Positions 1-9,529 of a stretch of 64,000 bases of DNA are shown in pieces. Source of the stretch: Promethearchaeia archaeon (lineage in GTDB: Archaea > Asgardarchaeota > Lokiarchaeia > Sigyniarchaeales > SOKP01); NCBI GenBank assembly GCA_046483985.1, contig JAWOCD010000039.1, positions 45,054-109,053 of the forward strand, written 5' to 3'. How positions within the stretch are numbered: the stretch's first letter is position 1; the number at the start of each line of letters is the position of its first letter. The notes under the pieces are model-generated. The model worked only from the letters and a program-made list of their open reading frames with translations, did not search any database and was not told the DNA's origin. The translations under genes and the position numbers were made by a program.

Positions 1-1
1 G

Positions 2-709
2 GGAAATATTTCTGATAATAAAATTTATAGTAATTCTCACGGAATTTGGCTTTATAACACATCAGATATGATAATTGAAGAAAATAGAATTATAAATAAT
101 ACCGAAAGTGGGATTTATATGGAAAAATCTGAAAGTGTGGATATTTTAGGGAATCTTATCAAGAATTGCAGTGAAAGCGATGGAATTAGGCTGAATGACA
201 CATCAAGTATACTAATTGAAGATAATAGAATATCAAATAACAAGAAAAATGGTATTTATCTGGCAGAATCTCAAGATGTGGATATTTTTGATAATATTGT
301 TAAGAAAAATACAGAAGATGGGATCTTTCTTTCTAACTCCGAGTCTAATAATATGTCCTACAATATAATCCATATCAATACCCTTTATGGTGTACATTTA
401 GATTCCAAAAGCGATAATAATGGGCTCCGTGAAAATTACTTAGGATATAACACGAAGGGATGCTGGAAAGACGAGGGAAGTGAAAATATCTTCACTTTAA
501 ATGATTGTATTGGAAATTATGAAGAGGAGCCCGTATATGATGATTATGAACCGACAGACTTGACCCCGATAATAATAGGGGTAGGGGTTACACTTGCGAT
601 AATTCTTGGACTCATAATTTTTGCTAAATTTGGGTTCCCCGTATTGAAAGAAAAATTTCTGGACAGCTCCCGGGAATCGTCAGAAAAAGAGTTACAAAAA
701 CAAGTATAA
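2..709 (+). CDS. Right-handed parallel beta-helix (NosD/pectin-lyase-like) repeat protein with C-terminal membrane anchor; 5'-partial
   Basis: Frame is open from position 2; repeated N-x-I-x-N-N-x-x-x-G-I-x-L units; C-terminal hydrophobic helix IIIGVGVTLAIILGLIIFA. Confidence 0.85.
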   Translation, partial: GNISDNKIYSNSHGIWLYNTSDMIIEENRIINNTESGIYMEKSESVDILGNLIKNCSESDGIRLNDTSSILIEDNRISNNKKNGIYLAESQDVDIFDNIVKKNTEDGIFLSNSESNNMSYNIIHINTLYGVHLDSKSDNNGLRENYLGYNTKGCWKDEGSENIFTLNDCIGNYEEEPVYDDYEPTDLTPIIIGVGVTLAIILGLIIFAKFGFPVLKEKFLDSSRESSEKELQKQV

Positions 710-735
710 ACATAAATAATAACAAACCTTTTTTT

Positions 736-1020
736 TCATTTATTTTTTGTTTTTAATTGTTGTAAGTAAACACTCAACCACTCTTGAAACAGTTGATTAA
801 ATTGAGATAAGGAACATTTCTCGTGATTCTTAATGGAAAGGCTCCCTTCTACTAAAAACTTGTTTGACCGTGTTGAACCATCTCTCGATTTTCCCTTTTG
901 TTTGCGGATGATGCGATTTCGCAAAAATCGGGTTTATATCTAAATGCTCCAGTAATTTCGAATATTTGGTGCCTAAATCTCCGATCAAATTCTGAATTGG
1001 GTGCTATCATTCGCCAGCAT
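736..1020 (-). pseudogene. Frameshifted integrase-core (rve, IS481/IS3-like) transposase remnant
   Basis: Three minus frames join to MLANDSTQFR / LIGDLGTKYSKLLEHLDINPIFAKSHHPQTKGKIERWFNTVKQ / FLVEGSLSIKNHEKCSLSQFNQLFQEWLSVY; HPQTKGKIERWF is the rve signature. Confidence 0.8.
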
Positions 1021-1152
1021 TTCTTAATTACTGATCACATTTTTAGATTCAAAGTTAAATTATATTTCATTACCATTTCGTTTCAAATGTTAAATATCTA
1101 AAGGGTTAATCTTTCTATAAGAAGAATTTAAAAAAAATTTATAGAATCTGAT

Positions 1153-2775
1153 ATGAGAATTCGCACTAGAGAAAAATTAGCGAAAAAAAATGCTGTCATA
1201 GTGTTCCTCTGCTTATTACCCCTTCTTGGGGTGTCCACCTATGGGACGAGTATTCTTTACATCTTATATGATATCAACTCGTTTACCTTTGAACCCAATA
1301 AACCAAATACAGATTATTTTGAATCTTCAGAAGGCATTGACATGACGCGTTTGGAAGAGATGGCGGAGACTTTCGATTATCGAACCCGAAAATTTAATGC
1401 TCCCATCGGATATCCTGTGGATGTCGTGTTTAAAAACAGATCCTATACCTATGATGCGATCGACCATTGGGAACACACCGATAATGGTGCTTTGCATAAT
1501 GCTTATGCGCTTGCAGCGGCGTGTTTGAAATATAAGGTTGCGCTCGAAGCGGGAGATCACGAGCGTATCAACAATATCACAGAGAACGTAAGATTTTATG
1601 TCCAAGCGTTGGAAAATCTTATCGCCGCTCCCAATGGAGGAATAGGAAAAAAGCCTGGAACCGATGAGTGGTATCCGGGAATTCTTTCTCGGTTTGCATG
1701 TTCTTATCAGGATGCCAAAAAATACCACCCGTTTATGCTAGAGCCTCATGTGAGACATCATAATGGAACGGGGGAATATAAAAATTGGCGGATAAGATTG
1801 AAGACTTCCCGTGATGAGGTGTCCGGATTTTATTTGGGATGGGCATGTGTATTGAAATTTATAGATCCCAACGAGAATGAAGATTCAAAATGGTGTGTAG
1901 ACCATGTAAAAACGATGGTTGAGCAAGTAATCAGGCATTGGAAAAAAGAATCGAACTGGTTGGTTTTGGATCACAACGGTGCCCCCACGGGATCAGATAT
2001 TAACAGCCCCGATTGGCAATTGGTAGGATTACGTATCGCCGCCACTGCTTGCCCGGAGAAATATGAGGCCCTTTATCATTATGTTGCTTCCAAAAAACTC
2101 CAATTCTTGCAAGCCAGTATGGGTGATTGGCCGAATGCAGGATTTGAATATTTTGCTTGGATGCTTGCGGGAAATTCTATGTTTACTCTGATACTCTTAG
2201 AAGATGATCCGAACCTTCAATATCATTACATAAAACTCTATGAAAGCGGAATGTATAATGCCTTACGATATCACAGAAATGCGTATGCAAATATTCTCCA
2301 TTTAGTTTTTATGAGTATGCTGGAGCCAGAACAAGTGACCCAAATAGAACGTCCAATTTCTAATGATTTTGTCAGATGGGATGTGCTTGACCAACTTTGG
2401 CGTTTCCATACCAGTAATTGGTGTCCTATTCGGAATTATAATCTTACCGAAAGACCCCACTCGACTCGTTCTACCAGTAAAAATCCAGAGATACGGGCGA
2501 AGAAATTGGATCCCAGCAGAAAACGGTGGAGAGAGTTTATTAACTCTCATCCGGTCGGAGGGATGTACGAATGGTTAATTGATCTGTTTGACATGGAAGA
2601 TAAATTATATGAAGAACCCCGAACGATTTCAGAACATTGGGCACAGCATATGATTTGGCAGAGTAATCCTTTCAAGAAAGAGGGAGGGGACCCTCATGGA
2701 GGTGGATTAGAAGAGGCTCCTGGAACTTCCTATACTCTTGTCTACTGGTTAGGAAGAGCATTCGAGATATTCTAA
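1153..2775 (+). CDS. Uncharacterised membrane-anchored protein, probably alpha/alpha-toroid; paralog of 11599..13242
   Basis: 540-aa ORF with N-terminal TM helix; shares blocks such as NGTGEYKNWR.RLKTSRDE and IRNYNLT.RPHSTR with the paralog. Confidence 0.8.
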   Translation: MRIRTREKLAKKNAVIVFLCLLPLLGVSTYGTSILYILYDINSFTFEPNKPNTDYFESSEGIDMTRLEEMAETFDYRTRKFNAPIGYPVDVVFKNRSYTYDAIDHWEHTDNGALHNAYALAAACLKYKVALEAGDHERINNITENVRFYVQALENLIAAPNGGIGKKPGTDEWYPGILSRFACSYQDAKKYHPFMLEPHVRHHNGTGEYKNWRIRLKTSRDEVSGFYLGWACVLKFIDPNENEDSKWCVDHVKTMVEQVIRHWKKESNWLVLDHNGAPTGSDINSPDWQLVGLRIAATACPEKYEALYHYVASKKLQFLQASMGDWPNAGFEYFAWMLAGNSMFTLILLEDDPNLQYHYIKLYESGMYNALRYHRNAYANILHLVFMSMLEPEQVTQIERPISNDFVRWDVLDQLWRFHTSNWCPIRNYNLTERPHSTRSTSKNPEIRAKKLDPSRKRWREFINSHPVGGMYEWLIDLFDMEDKLYEEPRTISEHWAQHMIWQSNPFKKEGGDPHGGGLEEAPGTSYTLVYWLGRAFEIF

Positions 2776-2818
2776 ATTTTTAATTTTTATTTTTTTATTA
2801 GAAGATAAGCAAAATAGG

Positions 2819-4036
2819 TTAAGATAATTTTTTAGTTAGATTTTCCATGCTTCCTTGACACGGATTTCCATATACCGCAAAAACTTGGTTATTTTTCATG
2901 TCCATCATTATTCCGAATCCAGTTGAGACCTTTTCTCCGTGATTACAGAATGTATTCTCTGATGGCATGTTGTTGGGACCATGATCGCTCTGTACTTTCG
3001 CATTTAAAAAATCCAAGGAGATCTTCTCATTTTCCATATCCTTGAGTATATTATATGTACGCTTGTATCTGAGAATAGAAGACCTATGAACTAGCTTTCC
3101 TTGAAGGAACTTAGGCGCTCCTTTCGTATAAAATGCATTGCGCGGTACTTCACTTTGTTTCATGACTGGAGTAACATAATGGTTGGTAGCGATCAAAAAG
3201 TCCGATTCTCCTTTTTTGCCCTTCCTCCGAACCTCAACTTGAGTTGGACTCGTTTCCACTACGGCTAAATCACCGCCCCTATCCGCAATCATCATGTTTG
3301 CCCCTCCTAAACGTGGAAATTGCTTCAGCATCTGAATAGATTCCTTCACGGTGGTACAGTGCTCAAGGACCTCTCGAATTAAAAACATTGGCGGAATCCC
3401 TTTTTTTCCAATGTTCAAAGGATAAGCAAAACTGTACACCATAGATAGACCCTTTTCATTTACTCCATTATTAATACCCCCTAATCCGTCTACGCTGGAG
3501 CCCAGTGTGGCATACTTCTCCCCATAGGTTGGCGTTAATTTTCGAAAAATTATATGTTGTGCGAGCGTTGGAGTCCCATCCCAATTTTTGATTATCAAAA
3601 CTCCGCCCGTATCCGTCCGATTTGGCGTTATTCCCACTGCACTACAATTATTTAAAGGGAAGCTGTTCCCTCTTGTTTCCTTATACTTAGTAACTTGAGA
3701 GCCTAAAGCATCGATGGCTTGAAGGAAGAGAATCCTTTTCATGGAGAGCTGAGCGCCTTCGCTTAATCCTTCTAAAAACTCCCATTGGGAGGGAAGATGT
3801 GTTTTTATAGAGTCTTTTACCATTTTAGAAGAGAAATAGACAGCTAATTTGACGAATAGAAATTTGGGGATCAGAAACGGTTTTGCGGCTAAAAAGTCCT
3901 CTGAATGTATAAGATCCTTATACATCTGATGGATTGCTTCTTGAAATTTGGTCCCTTGTTGCAGCCCCATGTCGTATTCTGACCCCTCTAACTGAAAAAC
4001 TTTAATCGACTTTTTCATGCAAAAATCACCTTTCAT
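2819..4036 (-). CDS. Peptidase C45 family Ntn-hydrolase (acyl-CoA:6-APA acyltransferase-like)
   Basis: YDMGLQQG N-terminus, internal nucleophile Cys (NNCSAVG), KNWD, GVNEKGL, ATNHY motifs. Confidence 0.85.
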   Translation of the reverse strand: MKGDFCMKKSIKVFQLEGSEYDMGLQQGTKFQEAIHQMYKDLIHSEDFLAAKPFLIPKFLFVKLAVYFSSKMVKDSIKTHLPSQWEFLEGLSEGAQLSMKRILFLQAIDALGSQVTKYKETRGNSFPLNNCSAVGITPNRTDTGGVLIIKNWDGTPTLAQHIIFRKLTPTYGEKYATLGSSVDGLGGINNGVNEKGLSMVYSFAYPLNIGKKGIPPMFLIREVLEHCTTVKESIQMLKQFPRLGGANMMIADRGGDLAVVETSPTQVEVRRKGKKGESDFLIATNHYVTPVMKQSEVPRNAFYTKGAPKFLQGKLVHRSSILRYKRTYNILKDMENEKISLDFLNAKVQSDHGPNNMPSENTFCNHGEKVSTGFGIMMDMKNNQVFAVYGNPCQGSMENLTKKLS

Positions 4037-4038
4037 AC

Positions 4039-4833
4039 TTATAATTCGTATAAATCTGGTTTTCTATCATCAACCAAATTATTATAATCGTTTAAATCCT
4101 TAGATCTTGCCTCATGTGGATTAATTTCAGCCACATCTACATGAACCTCATTTTTGGGAGCGGCTGATAATACTTCCCCCTTATAATCTGTAATTTGGCT
4201 CTCTCCAGTGAAAGTAAAGTCATCTTCTCCACGCTGTTCTCGTCCTATGCGATTTGCCGTCACTGCAAACACCCTATTCTCGAGACACCTTACTTTCATC
4301 GCATTTTGGCAATAGGGGAGCACTAAATTTGCAGAGTGTGCTATTACATCGGCACCTAATAGGGCTAACGAACGAATAGATTCCGGAAATAACCAATCAA
4401 AGCATATCATCATTCCAATTTTCATTTTATTGGTTTCATAGATTTGAAAAGGCCTATTTCCAGGTGAAAACCAAAGCTTTTCCTTATTATAGAGATGAAT
4501 TTTTCGATAAGATCCAAAAACTTTATCTTGAGAGACCATAAGTGATGAATTATATAATTTATTTCCGTCTTTTTCTATAAACCCTCCAATAATAATGGAG
4601 CTTGTTTTTTCGGCAATTTGCTGAAGGAATTTAGAGGTTTTTCCATTCAGAGGTTCTGCCATTTCTTGAGCCTCTTCCTTGGAAATAAATGTATAACCCG
4701 TAGCAAATAATTCTGGGAGCACCAGAAGATCTGCATTAACATTTTCAGAAACTTCCTCCACCTCTGAAAAATTTTTTTCTTTATCTCCAAACACGGGAGA
4801 CGTTTGAATATATCCGATCTTCAATTCTAACAC
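4039..4833 (-). CDS. Carbon-nitrogen hydrolase (nitrilase superfamily)
   Basis: Glu-Lys-Cys triad motifs LPELF, YRKIHL, ICFDWLFPE. Confidence 0.92.
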   Translation of the reverse strand: MLELKIGYIQTSPVFGDKEKNFSEVEEVSENVNADLLVLPELFATGYTFISKEEAQEMAEPLNGKTSKFLQQIAEKTSSIIIGGFIEKDGNKLYNSSLMVSQDKVFGSYRKIHLYNKEKLWFSPGNRPFQIYETNKMKIGMMICFDWLFPESIRSLALLGADVIAHSANLVLPYCQNAMKVRCLENRVFAVTANRIGREQRGEDDFTFTGESQITDYKGEVLSAAPKNEVHVDVAEINPHEARSKDLNDYNNLVDDRKPDLYEL

Positions 4834-4835
4834 TT

Positions 4836-5816
4836 TTAATTGTTTTTCGTTGAATTTGAAATTTTTTGTTTATATTGGCTGAAGAAAGTTTCAAGGTCTA
4901 TATTTCCTCCACTAATGATAACGCCAATTTTTTTTCCTTCAATATTAATTTGCTGGGATAAAACCCCGGCGAGCGAACACGCACCAGAAGGTTCCACCAC
5001 TAATTTCATACGTTGCCAAATAAAGCGCATTGCCTCTAAAATTTGGCGTTCTGAGACCGTAATGATATCATCCACGTTGTTACTTATGATCTCAAAGGTT
5101 CTTTTGCTCAAGTTGGTCAGTAGACCATCTGCAATCGAATTAATCGTTTTATTTTTCTTAAGGTTTCCGGATTTAAATGATCGGTATGCATCATTCACGT
5201 TTTCTGGTTCTACCCCGTACACTTTTATTTCCGGATTAAATCCCTTTGTCGCAATGGACGTTCCGCTTAATAGTCCTCCCCCCCCAACGGGAGCAAAAAC
5301 CATATCTACTCCATAAATTTCATTTAACAGTTCGAGAGCAGCCGTACCTGCCCCAGCAATAATATCTTCATTATCGTACGGATGAATAAGTGTATATCCA
5401 TGCTCTTTAATCAAACTTTCTGTGGTCTCATATCGTGCTTTCATGGTATTCTTGCATTCTACCACTTTGCCCCCATAGGTATCTCTAGAGGCTTCAACCT
5501 TGACTCTCGGCGATGTTTCAGGCATTACAATGGTTGCTTTTATCCCCAATAATTTTGCGGATAAAGCAACTGCCTGAGCGTGATTACCGCTCGAATGGGC
5601 GATTACCCCTCTTGACTTTTGTTCCTCATCTAATTGGGAAATGGCGTTAAATGCGCCCCGCATTTTAAACGCCCCCACTCTCTGTAGATTTTCGCATTTT
5701 AAGAATATTTCCGCGCCCGTCTTTTCATTTAGTGTTCGGGAGGTTAAAACAGGAGTTTTATTTATTGCCTCTTCTATTCTTTCATGAGCTTTTAATACAT
5801 CAGAATATTCTGGCAA
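4836..5816 (-). CDS. PLP-dependent threonine/serine dehydratase / serine racemase family (fold type II)
   Basis: KCENLQRVGAFKMRGA, SSGNHAQA, PVGGGGL, SGGN; no ACT domain. Confidence 0.93.
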   Translation of the reverse strand: MPEYSDVLKAHERIEEAINKTPVLTSRTLNEKTGAEIFLKCENLQRVGAFKMRGAFNAISQLDEEQKSRGVIAHSSGNHAQAVALSAKLLGIKATIVMPETSPRVKVEASRDTYGGKVVECKNTMKARYETTESLIKEHGYTLIHPYDNEDIIAGAGTAALELLNEIYGVDMVFAPVGGGGLLSGTSIATKGFNPEIKVYGVEPENVNDAYRSFKSGNLKKNKTINSIADGLLTNLSKRTFEIISNNVDDIITVSERQILEAMRFIWQRMKLVVEPSGACSLAGVLSQQINIEGKKIGVIISGGNIDLETFFSQYKQKISNSTKNN

Positions 5817-5934
5817 TTTATTACATCACTTCTGCTATCTTAAATCAGATTAATTAATGTATGTAAAAGATAACAAATTAAATTAATTCTCATCCCCTTA
5901 ATTAATATACATTACCCTCGATCACCGAAAAATT

Positions 5935-6314
5935 ATGAAATATTGCGAAGAATGTGGTGCCAAATTAGGGAAAAATTGGAACTATTGCCATAATTGCGGT
6001 GTCCCCATAAGGGATTTTGATAAAAACGAGGATAAAGCTGCTGACTCTCTAAAGGGCTCAAAAAAGCGCTCTACAGAAGATATATTAGATACTTTAGATG
6101 TATTTTATTAATTATTGGAGTATTTACATTACTTATTTTTTATAATTTCTTCATAGAATGGTTCGATATTATCAGCATTGTTGTTATCGCCATCATTATT
6201 TTATCTTGCATCGGTCGGGTTATATATGCTCTTATCGGAGAGTTAATCGTGAAACTAAGAAAGAAAGAAAAATCAAAACCCAAGGATGATAAAACTTTTG
6301 ATAATCGAGGATAA
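5935..6314 (+). CDS. Zinc-ribbon plus two-TM membrane protein split by a -1 frameshift
   Basis: Frame 0 (5935..6111) MKYCEECG..CHNCG ends at TAA; the -1 frame from A_AAA_AAG (6060-6066) is open to 6314 and encodes two hydrophobic helices. Confidence 0.65.
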
Positions 6315-6325
6315 AACCAAGATTC

Positions 6326-7069
6326 TTATTTTTTGAAAGAGAGAATCCCTCCGAATTCATGAATTCTGGCACCAGCGGGGCTCTCTTCGGGAAGTATTTT
6401 TGTGACTATCCCCTTATTTTCTGCGATTTGTTTTAAACGATAAACTCGTCCCTTCTGTTTGTTTTCGTTCAAAAATTTATCCGTCATTATCAAATAATCG
6501 ACCTTATCTGAAACTGAGTCGTCTTTCTTTCCTCCCATATATATCAATTTCTCAATTTCCTTAAGTCCATAGAAAACTTTTTGCTTTTCGTCCTCTGTAT
6601 TGAGAATTCTCTCTAATTGTGTCATCAATAAATCGCTTTCCCTTAACGTGATTGATTTCATCACTTTTGAGGTCTTTTCTTGTTCCAAGAGCCACCGAAC
6701 TTTCTTAGAAGTAGATGCTTTTCCTGTAATTTGTCCGAAACTAACTTGATTTTTCTTTTTGGATCGGATTAGCCAGCGATGATGCTTTTCTACGTGGTCG
6801 AGGAACCTTGAGCTATAATCTTTTTTGGGGAGATCAACTAAAAGGATACTTTTCACACCTTCATGAATTAAAGGTCTTAAGACATTAATAATATCTTCAT
6901 GATAGTGGTATTCTTGTTTCTCGTTACAATTTTTCCATTTTCGTGGTAATTCTAGTCTTTTATGAAGTTTAACCCGTTGACTATATACCTGCCAAAAATG
7001 TATCGTTTGCTGACTAAATCCGACTAATACTGCGACGGAATAGCCGCGTTTTTTCCTTCTTCTTCCCAT
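6326..7069 (-). CDS. Pelota/eRF1-like protein with domains 2-3 only
   Basis: C-terminal VFYGLKEIEK..YLIMTDKFL..ESPAGARIHEFGGIL resembles the eRF1_3 domain; no GGQ; probable ATG start at 7069 (the track extends to 7156). Confidence 0.7.
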   Translation of the reverse strand: MGRRRKKRGYSVAVLVGFSQQTIHFWQVYSQRVKLHKRLELPRKWKNCNEKQEYHYHEDIINVLRPLIHEGVKSILLVDLPKKDYSSRFLDHVEKHHRWLIRSKKKNQVSFGQITGKASTSKKVRWLLEQEKTSKVMKSITLRESDLLMTQLERILNTEDEKQKVFYGLKEIEKLIYMGGKKDDSVSDKVDYLIMTDKFLNENKQKGRVYRLKQIAENKGIVTKILPEESPAGARIHEFGGILSFKK

Positions 7070-7255
7070 TATATCTCCCGTATTTAATAAAAAGTATAGA
7101 CCTTTTTTTTCTTTCCTATTTACTAAAAAAACTGACTCCATTAATAGTTTGAACACAATAAAGATTATTACAAAAGATGCTCCCCAGCAATAAGATATAA
7201 TTTAATAAGATTTAGAAAAAATAATAGGAAATTTAACTTTTAAAAAATCTCTAAT

Positions 7256-7912
7256 TTACTTTTTTATGCTATTTAGTTTTCCCTCTTCTTTCTCAAGAGC
7301 CTTTTTGGGAAATAACCGCTCTTTTAACTTCGCTGTTCCCGTATCGGGATTATATTCAAGTAATCCAGCTCGATCAAGTTCTTGGATAGAATGTAAGATA
7401 TACGCTCCCCCAATTCCTAAGGTATTTTTTAATTCTTCCCTTGACATTTCTTCTTTATCTCCATGAAGCGTATACAAAATACGATAATGCGGTTGTCCTT
7501 GCCATATTTCGGAAACTAAGACCGTATAGATTGAAAGCAGTGCCCGGATCCGTTCAAAATCGTACTCGGATTCTTCCGCTTGCGCAGCCACTTCCATGAA
7601 TTTTTTAAGCTCGACCTTAACTTTTTTATATTCTTCAAGGAGTTCTTGCTGTTCCTCCGACATTTTTCCAATTTTTTGATCTTGTTTCTTTTTTTCTTTT
7701 TCAAGTTGCTTTGTTTCTTTAATTAATTTTTCTTTCTCGCTTTCCAAATGGTCTCGTTCTTGTTCCAATTTTAGCTTTTCTTGCTCAACTTGCTTTTTAT
7801 CTCCCTCTAACTTCTTTAATTCCTTTTTGGCCCTTTTTAGAAGACCCCCGATTCTCTCCACGGCCTCAATAGTTTGATCCATTATCTGAAGTGTATCTTT
7901 ATCTTCATTCAT
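7256..7912 (-). CDS. Coiled-coil protein with C-terminal winged-helix domain
   Basis: Heptad-rich E/K/Q N-terminus; MSREELKNTLGIGGAYILHSIQELDRAGLLEY wHTH pattern. Confidence 0.7.
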   Translation of the reverse strand: MNEDKDTLQIMDQTIEAVERIGGLLKRAKKELKKLEGDKKQVEQEKLKLEQERDHLESEKEKLIKETKQLEKEKKKQDQKIGKMSEEQQELLEEYKKVKVELKKFMEVAAQAEESEYDFERIRALLSIYTVLVSEIWQGQPHYRILYTLHGDKEEMSREELKNTLGIGGAYILHSIQELDRAGLLEYNPDTGTAKLKERLFPKKALEKEEGKLNSIKK

Positions 7913-8090
7913 AAAGATTTCACGTAATTTAAATTATAGTTAGATTAAGCTTTCTTTTTTTCTCAATTTAAATTTTTATCTTTCCAAAACTTTTTCAGAA
8001 TTTCTATATAATTAAGAATATCTATTTAAGATTAGACATAGAGCTTTAATTGATAAGATTAGCAATTGAAAGTACAATTCATGATTTTCT

Positions 8091-9512
8091 ATGACAGAAC
8101 GGATTGAAACAGAAAAAGATGAAATGCTCGAGAAAGAAGAATTACGGACCTTGGAAGGAGCACAGCTTGTAGGGTATAGCTCTGGTGTCCTAGGCCAAAT
8201 CATCCCGGCAACGCTTATAAATTCTTATATTTTTATTTTCTTTACATACGTTGTGGGTCTTAATGCTTTATTAACTTCCATAGGCACCGCTTTAGCGGCG
8301 GTTGCGAATGCCCTTGGTGCCCCCATTTTTGGGTATCTAATTGACAAAAAGGAACCAGGAAAATTCGGAAAACGCAGACCTTTTTTATTGCTTTGTTTGC
8401 CATTTATATGTATTTCTTTAATCTTGCTTTGGTATAGTCCTCTAGCAGAGACATTTGCAGCAATGAATTGGGGAATAGCAATATATCTTTGGGTTTTATT
8501 AATTGTTTTCTTCGCCAGTTATGCCATGCTACGTTCCTCTTATATGTCAATGCAGCCGGAGCAAAGCCAAGTGGAGGAAAATAGAATTAAAATTGGCTCT
8601 ATGATCGGTATATTCAGTTTAATTGGAACCGTATTGGGCATATTCCTTCCGTTGATTCTACAGAGTCAACTTGAGAATCCCAATAATATTTTTAGTACCC
8701 CGGCGGATAGGAAATTTTTGTTAAATGCATTACCATTTCTTGGTTGGTTTTTTGCATTTTTAGCAATAATTTTCACGTTAGGAGCTTTTTTTTCGACAAA
8801 CGAAGATTTTTTGCACGATATGCCCAAGAGTGAAATATCTCAATCTCAAACCTCTTTTAAAGATGTCATATTGAATATTGGTCGTCCCTTTCAAGATAGA
8901 AACTTCTGCTTCTTTTTGTTAAGTATTTTACTGAGTTCTGTCGGGGTCCGGTTGCTTTTAAAGGATTTGACCTTATACTTGACTTTCGTGCTCTATTTAA
9001 AGGAGTCTAGGTTTATAACTTTTATTTTGCCAATGGTCTTATTTGCGGTTTTAGGCTTTATTGTCTGGTCAAAAAGAGCCCAAGATAAAGGGATTAAGTC
9101 AGCTTATTTGAACGCACAATGGTTAGTAGTACTTGCCTTATTTTTAACAACATTTCTATTGATTGATGTTTCTCAAATGCTGCTCCTTTGGCTGGCTCGC
9201 ATTTTCTTGGCAATTCTATTGTTTGGTTTAGTGGTCGGTTTTATACTTCCCACCCCAGCGATAAGTGAATTGGTAGACGAAGCTCCCGAGAATATATTAA
9301 CAAAAATGAAAGCAGATTCCTTATCTGGATCATACTTTGGCACATATTTTTTTATTATTAATGTGGGCTTTGCATTGGGTGATTTGATTTTGGGAGCGAT
9401 TTTATTCGGACCACGGGCAGAAAATCGCATAGCAGTTGGCCTGATTCTTCCTATCGCTGGATTTCTCTATTTGGGTGCTAATTTACTCTTTCGCAAAATT
9501 AAGTTCAAATAA
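8091..9512 (+). CDS. MFS transporter, glycoside-pentoside-hexuronide (GPH/MelB) family
   Basis: About 12 TM helices; PIFGYLID..KFGKRRPFLL signature. Confidence 0.88.
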   Translation: MTERIETEKDEMLEKEELRTLEGAQLVGYSSGVLGQIIPATLINSYIFIFFTYVVGLNALLTSIGTALAAVANALGAPIFGYLIDKKEPGKFGKRRPFLLLCLPFICISLILLWYSPLAETFAAMNWGIAIYLWVLLIVFFASYAMLRSSYMSMQPEQSQVEENRIKIGSMIGIFSLIGTVLGIFLPLILQSQLENPNNIFSTPADRKFLLNALPFLGWFFAFLAIIFTLGAFFSTNEDFLHDMPKSEISQSQTSFKDVILNIGRPFQDRNFCFFLLSILLSSVGVRLLLKDLTLYLTFVLYLKESRFITFILPMVLFAVLGFIVWSKRAQDKGIKSAYLNAQWLVVLALFLTTFLLIDVSQMLLLWLARIFLAILLFGLVVGFILPTPAISELVDEAPENILTKMKADSLSGSYFGTYFFIINVGFALGDLILGAILFGPRAENRIAVGLILPIAGFLYLGANLLFRKIKFK

Positions 9513-9529
9513 AGTTTGCACGATATACT

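Noticed and set aside
898-1101. 67-aa plus-strand ORF
   Set aside because: Antisense shadow of the transposase relic; no protein-like features.
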